Shown in pieces: positions 57,442 to 64,000 of a stretch of DNA of 64,000 nt. The notes beneath the pieces were generated by a model, which saw nothing but the letters and a program-made list of their open reading frames with translations, was not told the DNA's origin and searched no databases. The DNA lies in assembly GCA_001661245.1 (NCBI GenBank), contig KV454013.1, positions 501,981-565,980 on the forward strand, given 5' to 3'. Position 1 is the stretch's first letter. Every line of letters starts with the position of its first letter. The position numbers and the translations under genes are program-made. Source of the stretch: Pachysolen tannophilus NRRL Y-2460. Lineage: Eukaryota.

Positions 57442-58806
57442 CTTGAGCAAGAAAAAAAAAAATTCAGAAAAAAAATTTTTTGGCGTTTTTTTTTTCTTTT
57501 CTTTACTTTACTTTGAGAGGTGAGTAGTGTAGTATAGAAAGAGAAAGAGAAAGAGAAAGTAGTGTAATTCTTACATACACTACTTTCTTTACATACCTAA
57601 AAAAAAAAAACAAAAAAACCTATAAAAATTGTTATCTGCCAAGTATCAAAATACAAAAAATAAACAAGAATAGCAGAGTGACACCAGGGTGACACCAAAA
57701 TGACACCAAAATTCCATCAGAGAGAGTGACAGCGGCTGTTTTTAAATTTTAGCGCCAGAAGAAATCCAACAACCTATACGAACACACTGACAGACACACA
57801 CTTGGCTAATCTTTACAATAAGAGTTTCGGCAATGCCTCGCTCCATGCTACAATCCACTTTTTATCTATCTATCTATTTGAAAAACTCTTGAATTATGCG
57901 TTATTTTAGTTTAGTTAGTTTAGTGCGGAGATAGATTACCGAAATTGATGATGTTTATACTTCTCCTCCTCCTCAATTCTAGATTTTAGTCGGATCAACT
58001 GTTCAAGCCGCCGCCCTTTTTCATTACATCAATCAAATAAAATCTACGTTGTTAACAACTGACATGTAGTAATTACACGGCGTAAGCTGCCAAAAAATAA
58101 AAAACGTCTTTATAATAATAATATAATAGTATAATAGTATAAAAAAACCGTAGTCTGGGCAACAGCCAATAAGAGGTGTTTCATAACCGTGTTACATCAT
58201 AGAAAAAAGACCCTTCGCTCTCCTCTCCTCTCCTTTATTGTATGTAATTTTGAAATTGTTTTGAAATTGCCGCGATTTTTTTTTTTTTTTTCTTAATTTA
58301 ATATTTTAAGCTTCAGCACTTGAGATTCAATACTTAGCTACACGACCTTTGTTTACGTTTGTTGTTTGTTTTTCCACATCTCATGCTTTGCCGCCTCAGC
58401 TTCCAATCTTAGATAATAAGGAAAGTCTTAAGTTTCTCTTCAAACTTCAATTCTCAAAATTTTTTATTTTTTATTTTTTGAAGGTAATAATACTACTAAT
58501 TTATTGTTACTTCAAACTATCACTAAAGGCGCTTAATTCATAGTACTCTCAATTATATTATTTCGTACCATCTTTATATAATTTGATTCAATACTGGTCG
58601 CTAGATTGTACTTGATTTTTGTGTTTTGTCTTTTTTTTAAAAAACTTTTAGAATTAGTTTTTGAAAAAAGATTTTGCTACCCCTTTTAACAAAAAGGTCG
58701 AAAAGGTTTTATTTTTAATTGTTTTTTTTTCTTATTTTAAATTGGTTCTAGGTTTTGGTTTTTAGTAATTGGGATTTGAACTGATAATCATAGTATTAGT
58801 TTAATC

Positions 58807-60303
58807 ATGTCCCTGAATAATAATATGGGTGCTTCAACTTCTCCAAAGAAACGATTGAGTTTATTTTCATTTGGTTCTAAGAAGCATAATAGCGATAATG
58901 GCAGCGGCGGCAATGTGATGGTCGGTAATGGTAATGCCGACAATGATAGTAATAATATCATTAATAGTAGTGGTAATAGCGGTAACAAGCTAGATGATGC
59001 TATAGATCCAAATGAGGAACATCAATATGATTATCATAGTGATCCAAGACGAGTTAGAAGTAGACAACAGTCTAGTATTGGTGGTAGTGGTGGTAGCGCC
59101 GTCATGAGCGGTAATAATGATTCTAAAAACAATAATCCTCAATTGATGTCTCCAAATTCTCCATTATCTTTAACAGATGAGAATTTGAATAATTTAAATA
59201 CAAGTTTGAATTTGAATAGTGGTGCTTCATCAAGATCATATAGTAATACTAATACCAATTTTTCATCAACAAATAATCATAATAATCATGGATTACATCA
59301 TCATCAGGATAATGTTTCTGAATCTTCTTTAATTTTTGAAAGGTTTGTACAAGATCCATTGATTGATAATCTGCCAATCGTTAATTGTCCAAGATGTGGG
59401 AAATTGAAAAATGAATGTCATCATAATTCAATTTTTAAATTACCTTCACATTTGATTAATTCTGAAAATTTTATTCCTCTGGCATTGGATTCTACTGCAT
59501 CATTGATTAATAGTGATACCGCATTGGATCAAGTTGATCTTGTTTATTCCCAAAGGAGACCAAGTGTATTAACAAATGCCCTTTCACCATTATCAAATTC
59601 AAATATAAATACAAATACAAATAACGGTAGTGGCAATAATACCCAAATTTCTAGAAGACCATCATCCATTGTTCCATCTTCTCCTGGATCAACTTTAATA
59701 ATGGAAAGAAGTTTATCCAATAATAATATGATGAATTCACCAAGTTCACCAGTACCAATGAACAGTGCAACTTCTCCTTTAAACAGGACAAAATCAACAA
59801 TATCCTTCTTGTCATATGCAGACGTTATTGAAAGTGAAGATCAAGAAACAAATTTCCAAAGAAGACCTTCAATTTCACAAACTTTAAGTACTTCATTTTT
59901 ATCTTCACCAAGCAGTCATAGTAGAAATCGAACAGATTCAGTTACATCGTTACTGACAAGAACTCCAATGAGAGTGAATACAAATCCAAATCCTCAGTTT
60001 TTCTCATCATCTGCAATTTCAAGAACTACATCATCAAGAGCAGGTTTTGGTGGAAGATTAAGTTCACTGTCTGTTAGTAATTGCTGTGGTATTAATAATA
60101 ATGTTAACAACAATAACAGTGGCCACAACAATAACAATAACAACAACAACAATAATTTATCAACAAGTAAATTTCAATTTTCACCAAATTCACCGACTTC
60201 AGACTTGTCAGATAATGACGATTTTGCAAAACTAAAAAATGCAAAGAATGCAAGATCTATGTCTAATACTTCAAGTTTAATTTCGAGTGAACATCACCGA
60301 TAA
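58807..60303 (+). CDS. MLF3: Ser/Asn-rich Mlf3/Vhs2-like protein
   Basis: SSLIFERFVQDP, ENFIPxALDST and SFLSYADVI blocks; adjacent to IMP4 and MSK1 as MLF3 is in S. cerevisiae. Confidence 0.7.
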   Translation: MSLNNNMGASTSPKKRLSLFSFGSKKHNSDNGSGGNVMVGNGNADNDSNNIINSSGNSGNKLDDAIDPNEEHQYDYHSDPRRVRSRQQSSIGGSGGSAVMSGNNDSKNNNPQLMSPNSPLSLTDENLNNLNTSLNLNSGASSRSYSNTNTNFSSTNNHNNHGLHHHQDNVSESSLIFERFVQDPLIDNLPIVNCPRCGKLKNECHHNSIFKLPSHLINSENFIPLALDSTASLINSDTALDQVDLVYSQRRPSVLTNALSPLSNSNINTNTNNGSGNNTQISRRPSSIVPSSPGSTLIMERSLSNNNMMNSPSSPVPMNSATSPLNRTKSTISFLSYADVIESEDQETNFQRRPSISQTLSTSFLSSPSSHSRNRTDSVTSLLTRTPMRVNTNPNPQFFSSSAISRTTSSRAGFGGRLSSLSVSNCCGINNNVNNNNSGHNNNNNNNNNNLSTSKFQFSPNSPTSDLSDNDDFAKLKNAKNARSMSNTSSLISSEHHR

Positions 60304-60733
60304 GAGTTATAGAGTACTATGGGGTAAAAATTGATTTACAATTTTAGAAAAAATGATAGAGAGATAGATTCTAAAGCATCTGAATGTTTTTGATTTGTGA
60401 TTTGTCTTTAAAAAACAAAAGAAAAAGAAAAAAAAAAAAAAAAATTTTGTTTTTGGTAGCGGTGTTTTACATTTTTTAATTTTTAATTTTTAATTTTTTA
60501 ATTTTGTCAAAGAGGGAAAATTTTAAAAGTTGGCAGGAGTTGTTAATATTTCGTTCCTAAAGGGTTCTTAGATATATACTCTTTTTGAAATGTCAATATT
60601 ACCTGTTTTTTTTTTTAATCGTTTTATTTGTTAATTTTGAATTTTTTCTGGATGCACTTTGTTATTTATTTGTTTTTACCTTCACTTGTTTTTTAATTGG
60701 TTTTGTAATATTGACAATTCATAAATGTGAATT

Positions 60734-60784
<51 letters not shown>

Positions 60785-60959
60785 TTTTATATTTTATGAG
60801 AATTTGTTGTTATAACTTTTATTATTTTAATGATTTTACATTTATTAATGCAATATGAAATCAAATATATTATTTACTTTCTAGGTGCTAAGGACATACA
60901 TACTTCAATATATAATATAAATAAATACATTTTATATTTTTATTATAATAATAATCAAT

Positions 60960-61820
60960 TTATTCATCTGCCAAATAATTTTTCCTATTAGCAGTTCTAA
61001 CAAATCTTCTTAATTGCCATTCAATTTCTGCATCTTTATTATCCAAAGTACCTAACCTTAATTCAAATAACCGCATTTCAAGTCTCGGTCCAACTTCACT
61101 AATTTCAACTCCATCTCTTGTTTTCACATATACATGCTGTCTAACACTAATAAAATCTTCCTTATTAATAAAACTTATAACTCTTGGTGAATCTTTCTTG
61201 ACACCTGGTGGAAATAAATTCTTTAATATTGTTTCTATTCTTTTACCCAATTTTGAAGTAAAATTTTCAAAAACTAAATGCGGATAACTTTCTGATTGAT
61301 TCCCAGCATTTAAAATATCATGTCTTAATACAACATTATGTAACGTAAATATCGCCGTAGGACCATGTGGGAAATGCGATATAGTCAAAGTAGTCGGCAC
61401 ACCTCTATGTTCATGTATAACTATCAGGTCATTAATATTTGCTGATTTACAAGTTTCAACTAAATTTGGCATTATATAATTACCTCTGTTTAATCTTATC
61501 GAATTTGGAAACATCAACTTAATCTCCTTGGCAAATTGTGATAACCTCGTCGATGGATCTCTAGATGTCGTAACAACAATTTTTGGTTCTATAATCCCAC
61601 TAAGCAGTGAATATTCATCATCAATAGATTCTTGTACAGATTCATCATATAAAAAATCTTTTTGCAAATCTTGGTCTTCTGAAAGCTCTTTAGAAAGTGG
61701 TTTCCCAGAAGCTAACGCCTGTTTCAAAAGCTGTCTTTTTTGCACAAGAGACGATTCTTGAAGCTCTACAGCTTTACGATATAAATACTCTCTCCTCTCA
61801 CGGGCTTGCTTTCTAATCAT
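60960..61820 (-). CDS. IMP4: U3 snoRNP Brix-domain protein
   Basis: [41 protein letters not shown]. Confidence 0.96.
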   Translation of the reverse strand: MIRKQARERREYLYRKAVELQESSLVQKRQLLKQALASGKPLSKELSEDQDLQKDFLYDESVQESIDDEYSLLSGIIEPKIVVTTSRDPSTRLSQFAKEIKLMFPNSIRLNRGNYIMPNLVETCKSANINDLIVIHEHRGVPTTLTISHFPHGPTAIFTLHNVVLRHDILNAGNQSESYPHLVFENFTSKLGKRIETILKNLFPPGVKKDSPRVISFINKEDFISVRQHVYVKTRDGVEISEVGPRLEMRLFELRLGTLDNKDAEIEWQLRRFVRTANRKNYLADE

Positions 61821-62012
61821 TCTTTACTCAACAACTCAATTAAAAGATTAATTTTTATATACAAGATAAAAGATTAAATAAAAATTAAAAAATTTTTTTT
61901 ATAATATGAAAAATTTTCAGTAAACATTTACACTACCAAAACGATCAACCTAAAACTTTTGAAGAGCCCGATGATCATCATCATCTTGAACATCATGATG
62001 ATGATGACTAGA

Positions 62013-63653
62013 TTATTGTTTTAAGACGTCATTTAGCTTACCGAAGCTCAAGACGTTTTCTATTCTCAGGCTGCTTGTTAGTAGCATCACCAATCTGTCT
62101 ATTCCAAGTCCCCATCCTCCAGTTGGTGGCATTCCCAATTCCATGTTTTCTACAAATTTATAATCCGGTATTAATGATTCGGTATCTTTATATTTTGCAC
62201 TGTTTTTCAATTGGGATTCAAAATTTTCGAATTGAGTGAATGGGTTATTCTCTTCTTCATATGAGTTGACGTATTCTTTAGAGTTTATAAATAATTCAAA
62301 TCTGCGAGAAATAATAAATTCTCGGTTACCGTTATAAATCAATTTTGTTGATTTTGCTAAAGGTGATAGTAAAGCTGGTTGGTTATATATTATTGTAGGC
62401 TTGTTGTTGTTGCTTAAAGGTTCCAAGTAAATTGACGACAATTTGTCTAAATATTGCAGTGGAGATTTAATTTCAGGTTCGGTTATTTTCAAAATTTGGA
62501 AATATTGGGATAAATTTTCAGTAGTTAAATCTAATGGTAATGGTAAGCCAGTTTCAATTTCTAATGTGGGTATAAATTCTATTCTGTTAAATCTTTCAAT
62601 ATTGGCTAACTGCTGTAATAATGCATTATCAAAATTTTGACATAAATTCTCATGATTCAATAGGTCTTGTATAATTTTGTTAAATAAATCTTCTGTCATT
62701 TTAATTAATTCTTCTAAACCAATAAATGTTTGATAAAATTCACATGTTGTAAATTCTGGATTATGCGTTGAATCAATACCTTCGTTCCTGAAAACTTTAC
62801 CTATTTCAAAAACTTTATCAAACCCTGAAATAATTAATTTTTTTAACCATAATTCAGGTGCTACTCTCAAGTTTAGTGGTAATGGTATATTATCATCATC
62901 TTTAAGGTGGACACTCGAAGAAATGAAAGGAGTGGCATTAGCACCTGTGCTACCACTAGCAATTATAGGAGTTTCTACTTCAACAAATTCTCTTTTGTTT
63001 AAAAAATTTCTAATACTAGAAATAATTATCGACCTAGCCAACAAAGTATCCCTTGATCTCTTATTAATCAAATAATCAAGAACTCGATTACCATTGATCT
63101 TTGCTGTATCTGTTAACCTTGTCGGAATTGCATGTAAAGCTGGGGCACATAGTATTATTGGTCTTATCAATTTTAACGATAACTCTCCAGCATTTGTCAC
63201 ACCGGGATACCCAATACAAGATATAAAGTCACCTCTTCGTAGCAAATCATGATTCTCCACAAACTCTTGTTTATCTAATCCCATCATCTTACTATTACCT
63301 ACAATTTGAAGTTTCTCAAAATCTTGTACTATATCAATGAAAATTAAATTCTTACCAGATTTTCGAATACTAGAAATCTTACCATTCACTTGAAAAGCTT
63401 CTTCAACCACCTTCAGATCATCAAGAAAACAATAATTCTCATATTTCTTTCTGAATACAGGTATTCTTATTTCGTCAGTATCAGTATTTTCACTCTTGAT
63501 TTCGCTTAAAAGAGGGTAGTATTTTTGATGAGCAGTAGTAACTAATTTCTTTCGATTAGCAAAATCACTATCTTCCAATATAGATGATGAAACTGATGAT
63601 TTCACTCTCTTGAACACCAATGACGATATCTGTCTTCGTATCATCATTATCAT
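62013..63653 (-). CDS. MSK1: Mitochondrial lysyl-tRNA synthetase (start ATG uncertain, 63644-63653)
   Basis: LRVAPELWLKKL, FRNEGIDSTHNPEFTTCEFY, GMPPTGGWGLGIDRL; presequence-like N-terminus. Confidence 0.93.
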   Translation of the reverse strand: MIMMIRRQISSLVFKRVKSSVSSSILEDSDFANRKKLVTTAHQKYYPLLSEIKSENTDTDEIRIPVFRKKYENYCFLDDLKVVEEAFQVNGKISSIRKSGKNLIFIDIVQDFEKLQIVGNSKMMGLDKQEFVENHDLLRRGDFISCIGYPGVTNAGELSLKLIRPIILCAPALHAIPTRLTDTAKINGNRVLDYLINKRSRDTLLARSIIISSIRNFLNKREFVEVETPIIASGSTGANATPFISSSVHLKDDDNIPLPLNLRVAPELWLKKLIISGFDKVFEIGKVFRNEGIDSTHNPEFTTCEFYQTFIGLEELIKMTEDLFNKIIQDLLNHENLCQNFDNALLQQLANIERFNRIEFIPTLEIETGLPLPLDLTTENLSQYFQILKITEPEIKSPLQYLDKLSSIYLEPLSNNNKPTIIYNQPALLSPLAKSTKLIYNGNREFIISRRFELFINSKEYVNSYEEENNPFTQFENFESQLKNSAKYKDTESLIPDYKFVENMELGMPPTGGWGLGIDRLVMLLTSSLRIENVLSFGKLNDVLKQ

Positions 63654-63865
63654 TATATCTTTAAACCCATTCTTCTTTTCAAGTTGTATCGATCTCTGCA
63701 AAAATATTTAGTACCAAAAAGATGGTTGGAAAAAAGAAGGAAAAAAAAAAAAAACTTCACCAAAATACAGGTATTAAACCCAACCACCTTTCCACACTAT
63801 TAAATTAAATTAATAGTTTTAGAGATCTTTTTTGTTTTAAACGAATATTAATAGTTTGATTACAA

Positions 63866-64000
63866 ATGGTGAGTTGTTATTCTTCAATTTGTGGAACAGG
63901 GTTCTTTGCTATAATTCTTTAGCTTTTTGTGATTGAAATTAAAATTACTAACATGGATTTTATATGTGTTGTTATTTGTAGGATTTTAATTCTATCGAAG
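63866..64000 (+). CDS. Start of an intron-containing gene (M|DFNSIE...), truncated by the window end
   Basis: ATG 63866-63868 followed by GTGAGT; TACTAAC 63946-63952; TAG 63979-63981; intron 63869-63981. Confidence 0.75.

Noticed and set aside
61975..62007. 11 bp inverted repeat between IMP4 and MSK1
   Set aside because: Made of (TCA)n/(TGA)n triplet repeats; low complexity

Overview
AT-rich, gene-dense chromosome segment of a budding yeast (Saccharomycotina). It encodes complex I subunits, and in-frame CTG codons fall at positions that are normally Ala, pointing to the CUG-Ala clade (Pachysolen/Nakazawaea/Peterozyma-like). It carries about 30 protein genes: MCM3 (partial), DUR1,2, GPI15, BDP1, RCM1, LYS12, FAP1, two complex I subunits, END3, ACO1, RSM25, EFM6, CCT2, SAL1, REV7, PMS1, an AIF/AMID-like oxidoreductase, an RGS2-like gene, an acyl-CoA thioesterase, AXL2, STE2, MLF3/VHS2-like, IMP4 and MSK1. 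There is also an intron-containing U3 snoRNA, three protein-gene introns missed by the ORF track, and one N gap. The most striking feature is the sulfur regulator MET4, present as two halves on opposite strands: activation half on +, bZIP half on -. Flipping a ~1.17 kb segment (~47131-48296) at short in-frame inverted repeats would restore one ~526 aa ORF behind a Cbf1/Met32-type promoter that is now stranded between two stop codons. This could be an invertible switch, a fixed gene fission or a misassembly. All gene identities come from recalled motifs, not from database searches.
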